NCBI GenBank assembly: GCA_018694835.1
Contig: JABHOG010000126.1
Location: forward strand, 1,765-65,764
Length of the DNA stretch: 64,000 nt
Direction: 5' to 3'
From: Planctomycetota bacterium
Lineage (GTDB): Bacteria > Planctomycetota > UBA8108 > UBA1146
Positions 40,344-50,423 of the stretch are shown one piece after another. The position numbers and the translations under genes are program-made. Each line of letters begins with the position of its first letter. The stretch's first letter is position 1. The notes below the pieces were generated by a model. That model ran no database searches, was not told the origin of the DNA, and saw only the letters and a list, made by a program, of their open reading frames with translations.

Positions 40344-40790
40344 TCAGGCCTCGCCAATCACCTGGTCGATCTTGTCGACCCGTGCCATGTGCCGACCCGC
40401 CTCAAATGGAGTGTCTAGAAATTTCGCGAGTAATTGCCCGATCGTCTCGGCTCCCACCACCCTCTCGCCGAAGCAGGCGATATTGGCATCGTTGTGAGCG
40501 CGAGACATCTCGGCAGTGAAGGGATCGGTGATCACGGCGGCTCGGGCTCCTCGATACCGGTTGGCAGTCATCGCCATGCCCTGGCCCGTACCGCAAACCA
40601 GTACTCCCATCTCCGATTCCGAGGAAGTGACAGACTGCGCTATCTGATGAGCGATGTCGGGGTAATCGGCTTTTTCCGAGTCTCCTTCAGGGCCCAGTTC
40701 CTGCACTTCCCAACCTCTCTCACGCAGAAGTCGCACTGCTTCCTTACGTCCAGCGATTCCGGCGTGATCTGATCCCAGGATGACTTTCAT
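40344..40790 (-). CDS. rpiB: ribose-5-phosphate isomerase B
   Basis: 148 aa; RpiB/LacAB signatures (KVILGSDHAG, LVCGTGQGMAMTANR). Confidence 0.9.
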   Translation of the reverse strand: MKVILGSDHAGIAGRKEAVRLLRERGWEVQELGPEGDSEKADYPDIAHQIAQSVTSSESEMGVLVCGTGQGMAMTANRYRGARAAVITDPFTAEMSRAHNDANIACFGERVVGAETIGQLLAKFLDTPFEAGRHMARVDKIDQVIGEA

Positions 40791-41932
40791 TTGGAGATGA
40801 TCCTTTCTATCCAGTGAAGGTTAACGGCTTGTTCGATCTCTTCGGCGCAGCGGCGATATACTTCGAGGCCGCCTCCGATGGGGTCGCTGACTCCAGTTTC
40901 ATGAATGAGATGTACACGCTCTCTGGCCTCCGGGAAGTGACTTCGAACCACATCTCTATGGGAGTGGGCGAGGGCGATGATCAGATCGGCTTTCTCGACC
41001 GCTTCTGCGGAGAGTTGTTGGGAGTAGTGATTCTCGATGGAGAGTCCCATGTGGATCATCGTTTGTCTGGCGTGCTCGGTGGCCGAGCCGCCATTCGATG
41101 CAATCCCCACGCTCTCGACCTGATATCCTCGAGAACCCAGAGCATCGATGGAGCAGCCCAACTTGGTGGCGAGCAGATTCTTGCAGATCGCCTCTGCCAT
41201 CGGACTGCGGCAGGTATTCCCGGTACAGACAAAGAGAATCTTACGAGTGGATTTCAGGGTGTGCTCGATCTGTTCCGAGGAGATTTGACCGGTTCTCAGT
41301 AATTCAAACTGTGAACCGCCAAGGAGTCGCAACACTGTGGAGGCCTCACCTCCCGAGGCGGGTCCGGAGTCGATGCCGACAGTCGCATGCTCACCGATGG
41401 CCGTGACTGCAGCGGGCAGGGTGGTCGCCGGATCTTCTCCACTTCGATTTGCACTGCTGGCCAGCAATGGGCCGGTTCTATCGATCAATGCTCGCGCAAC
41501 CGGGTGAGAGGGCAGGCGGACACCGAGTCCTTGTTCTCCCACCGGAAAGATGATGGTCAGCGGACCGGGCCAGAATGCATCCATCAGGCGTTGTGCTGTC
41601 TCTCCGGGCCGCCGCATCCAGTCTTCGAGTTGTGCTGGGTCAGAGATGTGGAGAGTGAACGGCTGAGGATAATCGCGCTGCTTGGCAATTCTGAGCTTGT
41701 CTACCGCCGCCCCGGAGCGAGCGATGGCTCCGATTCCATAGACGCTTTCAGTGGGGAAGATCACCAGTCCATCTGGCGCCACCGATTGGGCTGCGCGTTG
41801 AATCGCATTCCCATCGGGGTGCTGGCCATCGATGGGGATGATTTGAATCGACAAGTTCGACTCCAACCTGAGGCGTGAGGTGATCTGGCCGATACATTCA
41901 GCGGATCGGTGACCGTCGTGCCATGGTGCCAC
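40787..41932 (-). CDS. fusion protein: L-threonylcarbamoyladenylate synthase (TsaC/YrdC/Sua5 domain) + low-molecular-weight protein phosphatase (LMW-PTP) domain
   Basis: N-terminal YrdC-like region (VIFPTESVYGIGA). C-terminal LMW-PTP P-loop (ILFVCTGNTCRSPMAEA) and DP motif. Confidence 0.8.
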   Translation of the reverse strand: MAPWHDGHRSAECIGQITSRLRLESNLSIQIIPIDGQHPDGNAIQRAAQSVAPDGLVIFPTESVYGIGAIARSGAAVDKLRIAKQRDYPQPFTLHISDPAQLEDWMRRPGETAQRLMDAFWPGPLTIIFPVGEQGLGVRLPSHPVARALIDRTGPLLASSANRSGEDPATTLPAAVTAIGEHATVGIDSGPASGGEASTVLRLLGGSQFELLRTGQISSEQIEHTLKSTRKILFVCTGNTCRSPMAEAICKNLLATKLGCSIDALGSRGYQVESVGIASNGGSATEHARQTMIHMGLSIENHYSQQLSAEAVEKADLIIALAHSHRDVVRSHFPEARERVHLIHETGVSDPIGGGLEVYRRCAEEIEQAVNLHWIERIISK

Positions 41933-41947
41933 CCACCAGGAGCGGGG

Positions 41948-42829
41948 TCAAACGCTGGCGTGATAGGAGGATCGAACCAGAGGAGCCGATTCGACCCGGA
42001 TGAATCCGGACTCCCGGGCAAACTGACCCAACTCCTTGAACTGGTCCGGGGTCCAGTAGTACTTCACCGGGATATGACGATCGGATGGGGCCAGATACTG
42101 GCCCAGATTCAGCCTTCGGACCCCGGCTTCGTAGAGGTCCAGGATCGTTTCCCGTACCTCATGCTCCTGCTCTCCCAGTCCAAGAATCAGGCTCGACTTG
42201 ATCCGATCACCACCGATTCGATCCGCTGCTTCCCGCAGCAGCGAGACGGAATGATCGTAATTCGATCCGGGCCTGGCCGCTGGGTAGAGCCTTCGGACCG
42301 TCTCCACGTTGTGGGAAAAAATCGTCGGATCTGCTGCGAGAACGATTTCCAGCGCCCCTTGTGGGTCGGGACGGAAATCGGGCACCAGCACCTCGGTGGT
42401 GGTCTTCGGTGAGAGTTTTCTGAGTTCTTCGAGAGCCAGGGCGAACTGTCGTGCACCTCCATCCGGGAGGTCGTCACGGTCGACACTGGTGATCACCACA
42501 TGTTTCAGTTCCAGTCGAGCGGCCGCTTCGGCCAGTTGCGCCGGCTCGTCAGGGTCGACCGGGGAAGGAAGTCCCTTGCTCACCGCACAGAAACCGCACT
42601 TCCGGGTACACACCTCACCGAGGATCAGAAAGGTAGCGGTTCCCATCTGCCAGCACTCGTAGATGTTCGGGCAGTGGGCTTCCTGACAGACGGTGTGAAG
42701 CCCCCCCCGATCCATCAGTTCGCCGACTTTTTGAAGGGAACCGTCCTTGGGTACATTGACGCGGATCCATGGAGGTCTGGGTAATGGCGTTTTCTTGCTC
42801 TGCTGAGGGGAGGAGTGGGTGTTGCTCAT
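41948..42829 (-). CDS. lipA: lipoyl synthase
   Basis: CQEAHCPNIYEC and CTRKCGFC radical-SAM/auxiliary cluster motifs. Confidence 0.9.
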   Translation of the reverse strand: MSNTHSSPQQSKKTPLPRPPWIRVNVPKDGSLQKVGELMDRGGLHTVCQEAHCPNIYECWQMGTATFLILGEVCTRKCGFCAVSKGLPSPVDPDEPAQLAEAAARLELKHVVITSVDRDDLPDGGARQFALALEELRKLSPKTTTEVLVPDFRPDPQGALEIVLAADPTIFSHNVETVRRLYPAARPGSNYDHSVSLLREAADRIGGDRIKSSLILGLGEQEHEVRETILDLYEAGVRRLNLGQYLAPSDRHIPVKYYWTPDQFKELGQFARESGFIRVESAPLVRSSYHASV

Positions 42830-43512
42830 CTGCGGGCCTCTCTGTCAAAGAAGTCGAGCAACCGATCCGCCAGGAGCGCTTCTACTTCTTCACGGTGGGG
42901 TAGTGTCTTCAATTCTCGTTCGATGGAAGTGACCGGGCAACTGCGAATCCCACAGGGAACGATCCACTCGAAAGGAGTTAAATCTCCCGAATGGCACAGC
43001 GCCAGGCCGTGGCCGGTGACCCAACTACGAACGCTGAGGCCGATCGATGCGATCTTGCGATCCTCGACCCACACTCCGGTGTGTTGGGCATCGCGGCGAG
43101 CGCGGATACCCCACTTCTCGAGGGTCTCGATAACTGCCGTCTCCAGCCCACGCAGCAATCGATGGAGGTCGCGCATCGATGGTGGTAACTGGAGGATCGG
43201 ATAGGCGAGGATCTGTCCAGGGCCGTGGTAGGTGGCCTCACCTCCACGGTCCACCACTTCGATCTCCAGGCCGCGCTCTTTCAGGGTCGATTCAGAGATG
43301 AGCAGTGCATCCAGGTTGCTCTTGCTGCCGAGGGTCACCACCGGAGAAGGCTCGAACAGGAGCAGAGATTCATGGCAGTCGCTTCGAGACTCGCCAATCC
43401 CTTGCTGGAGCTGGAGCATTTGCTGATGAGTGGTGGTGAAGGGGACAGCACCGAGGTGCTGCACCGTCACTGACGGCAGCCGGGTGACCAGTGAAGACCT
43501 GCTGGGCATCAC
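42826..43512 (-). CDS. lipB: lipoyl(octanoyl) transferase
   Basis: 228 aa; LipB motifs (VDRGGEATYHGPGQ...). Confidence 0.85.
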   Translation of the reverse strand: MMPSRSSLVTRLPSVTVQHLGAVPFTTTHQQMLQLQQGIGESRSDCHESLLLFEPSPVVTLGSKSNLDALLISESTLKERGLEIEVVDRGGEATYHGPGQILAYPILQLPPSMRDLHRLLRGLETAVIETLEKWGIRARRDAQHTGVWVEDRKIASIGLSVRSWVTGHGLALCHSGDLTPFEWIVPCGIRSCPVTSIERELKTLPHREEVEALLADRLLDFFDREARR

Positions 43513-45218
43513 TACACCACGGAATAAGCCTCGAACGATTCGAGGTTCTTCTTCACCTGTGCCATGAATTGATCGGCGAGAGCGCCATCGACGAGTCGGT
43601 GGTCATAGGAGAGGCACAAGTAGGTCATATCGCGGATTGCGATCTTGTCCCCATCGACCACCACGGGGCGTTTTTCAATCCCACCGATGCCAAGAATCGC
43701 CACCTGAGGTTGATTGATGATGGGGATACCAAAGAGGCCGCCGAATTGACCGGGATTGGTGATGGTGAAGGTGCCTCCGGCGACTTCGTCCGGCAGTAAC
43801 TGTTTCTTTCTGGCACGGTTGGCCAGGTCCGAGACAGATTTCTGGATGCCAGGAATCGACAGGTCCTGCACTCCCTTGATGACTGGAACGATCAGGCCAT
43901 GTTCGAGCGCCACTGCGATGCCGATGTTGACCGAATGATGGACCAGGATGTCGTCGCCATCGATGGAAGCATTGACATGGGGGAAGATACGAAGTGCATC
44001 GCTACATGCCTTGAGGAAGAAGGGCATGTAGGTGAGCTTGGTTCCATTGGCTGCCAGGAACTGGTCCTTCTTGCTCGCACGGATCGAAACGATCTGGGTC
44101 ATGTCCGCCTCGAAGACGGAGTGCACATGAGCAGAGGTTCGTTTGGAATCGATCATGTGTTCGGCGATCTTGCGCCGCATCACGGACATCTTCTCGACCG
44201 TTACACCGCTTCGATCGGAAGGATCAGAGGTGGTGGGCACCGCCGAGCGGGTGATCGCTGCAGAAGTGGCGGCTGGGGCTGCTACCGGACTCGTTGGAGG
44301 GGCGGCAGCAGGTCTGGCGATGAATCCTAGGATGTCATTCTTGGTCACCCGGCCACCGGCTCCGGTTCCAGCGATCACCGATAGATCGGTGATCCGATGC
44401 TCTCGTGCGATCTTTCGTACCAGAGGAGAGGATCGAACCGCCCGTGGATCGCTGTTGGCGGGGCGCGCTGCAGCGGCGGCCACCTCGACATGGGGCTGGG
44501 GGGGCACTGGAGCGGCAGGCGCAGGAGGTGGAGACGCAGGTGGTAGAGACGCAGGAGCAGCGGGAGCGCTCTCGGCGGCAGGAGCAGCGGTCGTGCCGCC
44601 GACTCCCGAGCCGATCCTCGCCACCACGGTGTTGACCTCGACGGTGGTGCCTTCGGCTACCAAGATCTCCGCCAGCACACCATTCGCTGGAGCGGGAACC
44701 TCGGCATCTACCTTGTCGGTGGAGATCTCGAACAGGGGTTCATCCCTTTCGATCGACTCTCCCGCTTTCTTGAACCAGCGGGTCAGGGTTCCCTCAGCGA
44801 TCGACTCACCCATCTGTGGCATCGGGACATCGATCAGATCGCCACTCGACACTGCTGTGGACGGGGTGGCGGCCTCCGCTACCACGGGAACCTCGACGGG
44901 ATCTGCTGCAGCCACTTCGATCGGATTCGCTGCTGGAGTGCTGGAGACTGTGGTGTCGGCGGGCGCCTGAGCGGTGCCGCTGCCGTCGCCGAGAAGGGCG
45001 ACCACTGTGTTGACTTCGACGGTGGTGCCTTCGGCGACCAGCACCTGCTCGAGAATCCCATCTGAGGGCGCTGGGACCTCTGCGTCGACCTTGTCGGTGG
45101 AGATCTCGAAGAGCGGTTCATCTCGAACGACGGTGTCTCCTGGTTTCTTGAACCAGCGGGTCAGAGTCCCCTCGGCGATGGATTCACCCATCTGAGGCAT
45201 CTTGACTTCTGTTGCCAT
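43512..45218 (-). CDS. 2-oxoacid dehydrogenase E2 component (dihydrolipoamide acyltransferase) with two lipoyl domains
   Basis: Two near-identical lipoyl domains (MPQMGESIAEGTLTRWFKK...EISTDKVDAEVPAP), E3-binding domain, catalytic DHRLVDGA. Start set at Met 45218 (MATEV) with AGGAGG upstream. Confidence 0.9.
   Translation of the reverse strand: MATEVKMPQMGESIAEGTLTRWFKKPGDTVVRDEPLFEISTDKVDAEVPAPSDGILEQVLVAEGTTVEVNTVVALLGDGSGTAQAPADTTVSSTPAANPIEVAAADPVEVPVVAEAATPSTAVSSGDLIDVPMPQMGESIAEGTLTRWFKKAGESIERDEPLFEISTDKVDAEVPAPANGVLAEILVAEGTTVEVNTVVARIGSGVGGTTAAPAAESAPAAPASLPPASPPPAPAAPVPPQPHVEVAAAAARPANSDPRAVRSSPLVRKIAREHRITDLSVIAGTGAGGRVTKNDILGFIARPAAAPPTSPVAAPAATSAAITRSAVPTTSDPSDRSGVTVEKMSVMRRKIAEHMIDSKRTSAHVHSVFEADMTQIVSIRASKKDQFLAANGTKLTYMPFFLKACSDALRIFPHVNASIDGDDILVHHSVNIGIAVALEHGLIVPVIKGVQDLSIPGIQKSVSDLANRARKKQLLPDEVAGGTFTITNPGQFGGLFGIPIINQPQVAILGIGGIEKRPVVVDGDKIAIRDMTYLCLSYDHRLVDGALADQFMAQVKKNLESFEAYSVV
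44622..45200. repeat. intragenic ~200-bp duplication (two copies ~44622-44822 and ~45001-45200) encoding the two lipoyl domains of E2
   Basis: DNA of the two lipoyl-domain segments aligns at roughly 85% identity when read side by side. Confidence 0.7.
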
Positions 45219-45520
45219 GGCGGTATTTCCTCCTGCAGAGGGAGCGTGGCCCCACGCCACGGAATTGAGAAGTCTACACGGGAAGGGCGGCTCGATGAAG
45301 TGAACCCGGGGTCAGGTCAGACCCCCAGTGGCGAGACAGTGGCTTTAATCGGCAATTAGGCGCCTTTCAGCCCCATCGAAATCGTCGTGAGTGTGCCCTG
45401 CTCTGCGTCTCGAGAGACCGTGGCGCGTTGGAAAGTCGGTGGCCCCTCCTCCCCCGAGGCCGGTCCCTCATCCTCGTGAGTCGAAGCCATCCAGCCGAAG
45501 TCACCGGTGAGCAGCAGTGG

Positions 45521-46498
45521 TTACCAGCTTGTGAGGGAACGAATCGAATCGAGGATGTCACCCTCGCCCGGGAGCGATGCGTTCTCCAGCGAGGCGGCAT
45601 AGGGGATGGGGACATCGAGGGCGGCGAGTCTTCGCACCGGCGCATCGAGGTCCTCGAAGCAATGTTCGGAGATTCGCGCGGAGATCTCCGCGCCGGCGCC
45701 ACCGGTCAGGTTGTCCTCGTGAACGATGAGAACCTTCCCTGTATGGCGGACGGTTTGATAGATCGCATCGAGATCAAGAGGGCACAGGGAGCGAAGGTCG
45801 AGCACTTCGCATTCGAGCCCTTCACTGGCTGCGGATTCTGCCGCCGCCAGGCAACGATGCAGCATCGCTCCCCAACTGATGATGGAGAGTGAATCCCCTT
45901 CTCGTCGGAGAGCGGCGACCCCTGGGCGAACCGGGGCGATCCCTTCATCGAGTTCTCCCTTGAGCGTGCGATAGAGTGATTTCTGCTCGAGGAAGATCAC
46001 CGGATCGGGATCTTCGATGGCTCCCAGTAACATCGAGTAGGCATCGGAGACGGTGGCTGGAACGACCACCTTCAACCCCGGAGTGTTGAGAAATGTGGAC
46101 TCCACCATCTGGCTATGGAAGGGCCCCGCATGGACGCCTCCTCCCGATGGTCCTCGAACCACGATCGGTACCTGTTGTCCCCAGCGGAAGTGGCAAGTGG
46201 CAGCAAAATTGGTCAACTGGTTGTAGGCACAGGAGATGAAATCGATGAATTGCATCTCCACGACCGGGCGTAATCCCGCCATTCCGGCTCCGATGGCCGC
46301 TCCCACCAGGCCCGTCTCGACGATGGGCGTATCGATGACCCGGTCCGGCCCGAATCGTTCCAGGAAGCCCTGGGTCAACTTGAAGGCGCCACCGTAGGCG
46401 GCGATGTCTTCCCCGAGCAACACGACTCGAGGGTCGTCCTCAAGGGAGTGTGCCAGCGCACGTTTCACTGCTTCGAGGTAGGTGACTTGCTCCGACAA
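45521..46498 (-). CDS. 2-oxoacid dehydrogenase E1 component beta subunit (stand-alone; no adjacent alpha subunit)
   Basis: 325 aa; transketolase-like beta signatures (IDTPIVETGLVGAAIGAGMAGLRPVVEMQFIDF). Confidence 0.85.
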   Translation of the reverse strand: MSEQVTYLEAVKRALAHSLEDDPRVVLLGEDIAAYGGAFKLTQGFLERFGPDRVIDTPIVETGLVGAAIGAGMAGLRPVVEMQFIDFISCAYNQLTNFAATCHFRWGQQVPIVVRGPSGGGVHAGPFHSQMVESTFLNTPGLKVVVPATVSDAYSMLLGAIEDPDPVIFLEQKSLYRTLKGELDEGIAPVRPGVAALRREGDSLSIISWGAMLHRCLAAAESAASEGLECEVLDLRSLCPLDLDAIYQTVRHTGKVLIVHEDNLTGGAGAEISARISEHCFEDLDAPVRRLAALDVPIPYAASLENASLPGEGDILDSIRSLTSW

Positions 46499-46510
46499 GG
46501 GTGCCCCTTC

Positions 46511-47926
46511 CTACATGTGGATGGCGCCGCCGACCAACCCGTGTGCCGCCTCCATCATTCCCTCACCGAGGGTTGGATGGGGGTGAATCACGTGGGCCAG
46601 ATCTTCAGCGGTACCTTCGAGACCGAGGATTGCGCAGCCTTCACTGATCAGGTCAGTGGCGTGGGGGCCGATGATGTGGACTCCGAGGATCTCACCGTAT
46701 TTTGCATCTGCGACGATCTTGAAGAATCCGGGTATTCCTTTGCCGATGATTCCCGCTTTACCCAGCGCCGCGAGTGGAAACTTCGACACCCTGGTGTCGT
46801 GTCCCGCTTCCTTGGCGGCTTGCTCGGTCAGGCCAACACTGGCCACCTCGGGGTGACAGTATGTAGCATTGGGAACGCGGTCATTCCGGATGGGCTGGGT
46901 GTGCATGCCGTGGATACTTTCGACGGCGATGACTCCCTCTGCACTGGCGACATGTGCCAGCTGGGCAGTACCGAGGACGATATCTCCGATGGCGTAGATG
47001 TGCGGGCGGCTGGTGCTCTGGTTCGGTTGTACCGGAATGAAACCGCGGTCGGTCTTGATTCCCACCTGGTCCAGTTTCAGCGAATCGGTCACCGGTTTCC
47101 TGCCGACAGCACACAGTAACAGATCGGCTTCAATCGTCTCTTCCTTGCCGTCCGCTGATTTGAGGAGGATCTGGACCCCTGAATCGGTCGGTGTGGCCTT
47201 CTCCAGTCGAGTCGATACACGGCTCTCGATGCCACGTTTCTTGAAGGCACGCATCAACTCTTCAGAGCACTCCTGATCTTCGACAGGTAACAGACGATCC
47301 AGCATCTCGACCAGGATCACCTCGCTGCCGAAGGATCGCAGGATGGATGCAAATTCAGAGCCGACGGCACCCGCTCCGAGAACGACCACCTTGGACGGGA
47401 CATGGTCCAGTCTCAACGCCTCGTCACTGGTGATGATGTAGGGGCTGGAAAAATCGAGGAAGCCAGGTTTTGTAGGGACCGATCCGGTCGCGATGATGAT
47501 GTGCTTGGCCTCGATCAACTTCTCGGTCGTTTCGTCGGTCACGACACGGATGGTATTGAGCCCATCGAGTCGACCGGTGCCGTGGACAGTGGTGATTCCA
47601 TTCTTCTTCAGCAGGAACTGCACGCCCTTGGCGTTCTTGGTCACCACCCTTTTCTGGAATGACAGGACTGCCGGGACATCGACCTCTGCTTGTGGAATCT
47701 TGATTCCGAAGTAGGAACTCTCCCTGGCGGTGTCGAGGACATGTGCACTCTGAAGGAGTGCCTTGGTCGGAATGCAACCACGGTGCAAGCAGGTGCCGCC
47801 TGGAAGCGGATCCTTCTCGACCAGTACCGTGTTGAGCCCGAGCTGGCCAGCCCGGATGGCAGCCACATATCCACCGGGGCCGCCCCCGATGATGGCTACA
47901 TCGAAACTGCCGATCTTTTCGACCAT
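46511..47926 (-). CDS. lpdA: dihydrolipoyl dehydrogenase (E3)
   Basis: FAD motif GGGPGGYVAAIRAGQLG, redox-active disulfide GGTCLHRGCIPTK, C-terminal HPHPTLGE. Confidence 0.9.
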   Translation of the reverse strand: MVEKIGSFDVAIIGGGPGGYVAAIRAGQLGLNTVLVEKDPLPGGTCLHRGCIPTKALLQSAHVLDTARESSYFGIKIPQAEVDVPAVLSFQKRVVTKNAKGVQFLLKKNGITTVHGTGRLDGLNTIRVVTDETTEKLIEAKHIIIATGSVPTKPGFLDFSSPYIITSDEALRLDHVPSKVVVLGAGAVGSEFASILRSFGSEVILVEMLDRLLPVEDQECSEELMRAFKKRGIESRVSTRLEKATPTDSGVQILLKSADGKEETIEADLLLCAVGRKPVTDSLKLDQVGIKTDRGFIPVQPNQSTSRPHIYAIGDIVLGTAQLAHVASAEGVIAVESIHGMHTQPIRNDRVPNATYCHPEVASVGLTEQAAKEAGHDTRVSKFPLAALGKAGIIGKGIPGFFKIVADAKYGEILGVHIIGPHATDLISEGCAILGLEGTAEDLAHVIHPHPTLGEGMMEAAHGLVGGAIHM

Positions 47927-48203
47927 CTTTCGATTTCCCTTCTCAAGTATCTAGTGAGGCCGTCATCCAGTCAGAGGAGACGGGGAGTCCTCCAATGGGC
48001 TTCACTCAGCGCCTTTGGATTCGAGGGTACAGAGAAAGACGATACACGGAGAACCCCTTGGCCATCCAGCGAAGCGGGAAACCTGCGGTCTCGTTGAATG
48101 AAGTGCTTCTCCCCCCTAGAATGAGCACAATAGGCACCATTACTGGTTCTCGAAGCTCCCAGAACTCGTCCTCGCAGATGGGTTCCACCAGGTCAGGATC
48201 CAC

Positions 48204-50366
48204 ATGTCCACTCAGAGCCCCCAGTCCGCTAACCCGCGAGGCCGTCCGCGTAAGAACCGCGAAGAGCAGCCCAGAATCGAGGGTCTCGAGGTTCGGGAGT
48301 TGCTGGCGATGTATCGGAACATGTTCCTCAGCCGAGAGATGGATGATGAAGAGATTCGGCTCAAGGGAAAGGGGCAGATCTTCTTCCAGATCAACAGCTG
48401 TGGCCATGAGGCGATCAACACCGCACTTGGCATGGTACTGGAAGCGGGCAAGGATTGGTTTTTCCCCTACTACCGTGATCGAGCCTTGATGCTTCAACTG
48501 GGGCTGACTCCGGTGGAGATGCTGAAGACTGCCACAGCGGCGCGGGACGAGCCCGCGGGTGCCGGACGTCAGATGCCTTCCCACTGGGGCAGCGAGCGAC
48601 TGCAAGTGGTCAATCAATCCTCCTGCACAGGAAGCCAGTGTCTCCATGCGGTCGGTTGTGCTGAAGCCTTTATGAAAGGTCATCGCAAGGAGGAACTCCG
48701 CGATCAAATTCGAAACTGGAGCGACGGAGAGGTCGCTTTTGTTTCGGTCGGGGATGGCACCACCAGCGAGGGTGAATTCTGGGAAGCGCTGAGCACGGCG
48801 TGTACTCTCGATTTGCCGGTCTTGTTCGTGGTCGAGGACAACGGATATGCCATCAGTGTTCCAGTGGAAGTCAATACACCGGGAGGGTCCATCTCCAAAC
48901 TGGTGTTGGGGTTCCCTGGGCTCGATGTCCACGAGGTCGATGGTTGTGATCCGGTGGCTTGCCACACCCTGCTCAAAGATGTTGTTTCCGATATGCGTAA
49001 TGGCAATGGCCCGGCGTTGGTCCACGCTCATGTCGTGCGTCCGTATAGCCACAGTCTCTCCGATGACGAGAGCGCATACCGTTCCGCGAAAGAGCTCGAG
49101 GCGGACGCTCTGAAGGATCCATTGACCACTTTTCCGCTGTTCCTGAAGGAGCGAGGGATTGCCACGGAAGAGCAGCTAGAGGAGATCCGGAACCAGGTGA
49201 AGCAAGAGGTCCGAATCGCTTCTGATATTGCTGTGAGTTCACCCCAGGCACACCCCGACACCATTTTGGAACATGTATATTCGGAGGATGTGGATCCGAC
49301 CGGAGCCGACTTCGATACCGAGCCGGCACCTCTGGCTCAGGCGCAGCCCACAACGATGGTCGATCTGATCAATTCGGCGATGCGCGATGAGATGCGCAGA
49401 GATCCGAGGATTCATGTCTTCGGTGAAGACGTTGCCGATGCCAGTCGTTCCGAGGTGCTTGCCGATGTGAAGGGCAAAGGCGGCGTGTTCAAGGCGACCG
49501 CCGGGCTGCAAAGAGAGTTCGGTGATGATCGCGTTTACAACTCGCCACTGGCAGAAGCCAATATCGTGGGACGTGCCATCGGCATGGCGGTTCGTGGATT
49601 GAAGCCGGTGGTCGAGATTCAGTTCCTCGATTATATCTGGCCGGCATTCCATCAGATCCGCTCGGAGCTTGCCCTGTTGCGCTGGCGATCCGCCGGCGTG
49701 GATCGCTGCCCGGTCGTCATCCGGGTCGCTAGCGGTGGCTACCTTCGAGGCGGTGCGATTTACCACAGCCAATCTGCCGAGACGATGTTTACTCATATTC
49801 CTGGATTACGCGTCGTGATGCCCAGTAATGCTCAAGATGCCAATGGATTGCTACGAACTGCGATCCGTTGCGACGATCCGGTGATCTTCCTCGAGCACAA
49901 ACACCTCTACCGTCAGACCCACAACAAGAGTGTCGATCCTGGGCCCGATTACATGATCCCGTTCGGGAAAGCGGCTCGGGTGAGGGAAGGGAAAGACCTG
50001 ACGATCCTCACCTATGGAGCGCTGGTCCATCGATGCTCTACGGCAGCGAAGACGCTGGCCCAGGAGGGGATCGAGGCGGAAATCCTCGATCTGAGAAGCC
50101 TCGCTCCCTACGACTGGGAAGCGATACGGGAGTCGGTGATGCGAACCAATCGGGTGCTCATCGCTCATGAGGAGACCCTTTCCTGGGGCTATGGCGCCGA
50201 AATCGCCGCCAGGATTCAGGACGAGTTGTTTGACCACCTGGACGCTCCCGTCAGAAGAGTGGCTGCGATGGACTGTTTTGTCGCCTATGCACCGCAATTG
50301 GAGGAAAAAATCCTCCCTCAGCCAGAGAAGGTGGCCAACGCAGCGAGAAATCTGGCATTGTATTGA
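48204..50366 (+). CDS. 2-oxoacid dehydrogenase E1 component, fused alpha-beta subunits
   Basis: 720 aa; N-terminal TPP-binding alpha part ([15 protein letters not shown]...[12 protein letters not shown]) and C-terminal beta part ([30 protein letters not shown]). Confidence 0.85.
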   Translation: MSTQSPQSANPRGRPRKNREEQPRIEGLEVRELLAMYRNMFLSREMDDEEIRLKGKGQIFFQINSCGHEAINTALGMVLEAGKDWFFPYYRDRALMLQLGLTPVEMLKTATAARDEPAGAGRQMPSHWGSERLQVVNQSSCTGSQCLHAVGCAEAFMKGHRKEELRDQIRNWSDGEVAFVSVGDGTTSEGEFWEALSTACTLDLPVLFVVEDNGYAISVPVEVNTPGGSISKLVLGFPGLDVHEVDGCDPVACHTLLKDVVSDMRNGNGPALVHAHVVRPYSHSLSDDESAYRSAKELEADALKDPLTTFPLFLKERGIATEEQLEEIRNQVKQEVRIASDIAVSSPQAHPDTILEHVYSEDVDPTGADFDTEPAPLAQAQPTTMVDLINSAMRDEMRRDPRIHVFGEDVADASRSEVLADVKGKGGVFKATAGLQREFGDDRVYNSPLAEANIVGRAIGMAVRGLKPVVEIQFLDYIWPAFHQIRSELALLRWRSAGVDRCPVVIRVASGGYLRGGAIYHSQSAETMFTHIPGLRVVMPSNAQDANGLLRTAIRCDDPVIFLEHKHLYRQTHNKSVDPGPDYMIPFGKAARVREGKDLTILTYGALVHRCSTAAKTLAQEGIEAEILDLRSLAPYDWEAIRESVMRTNRVLIAHEETLSWGYGAEIAARIQDELFDHLDAPVRRVAAMDCFVAYAPQLEEKILPQPEKVANAARNLALY

Positions 50367-50423
50367 TGGAGAGTCTGTAGGAACCCTTCGCAGCAGATCT
50401 CCGTTGTAGTCGGTGGGGAATCG

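Noticed and set aside
44143-44970. 275-aa Ala/Gly-rich plus-strand ORF inside the E2 gene
   Set aside because: Antisense to the Ala/Pro-rich linker region of E2; its low-complexity translation is an artefact.
48006-49052. 348-aa minus-strand ORF inside the fused E1 alpha-beta gene
   Set aside because: Antisense to a CDS with strong homology signatures.
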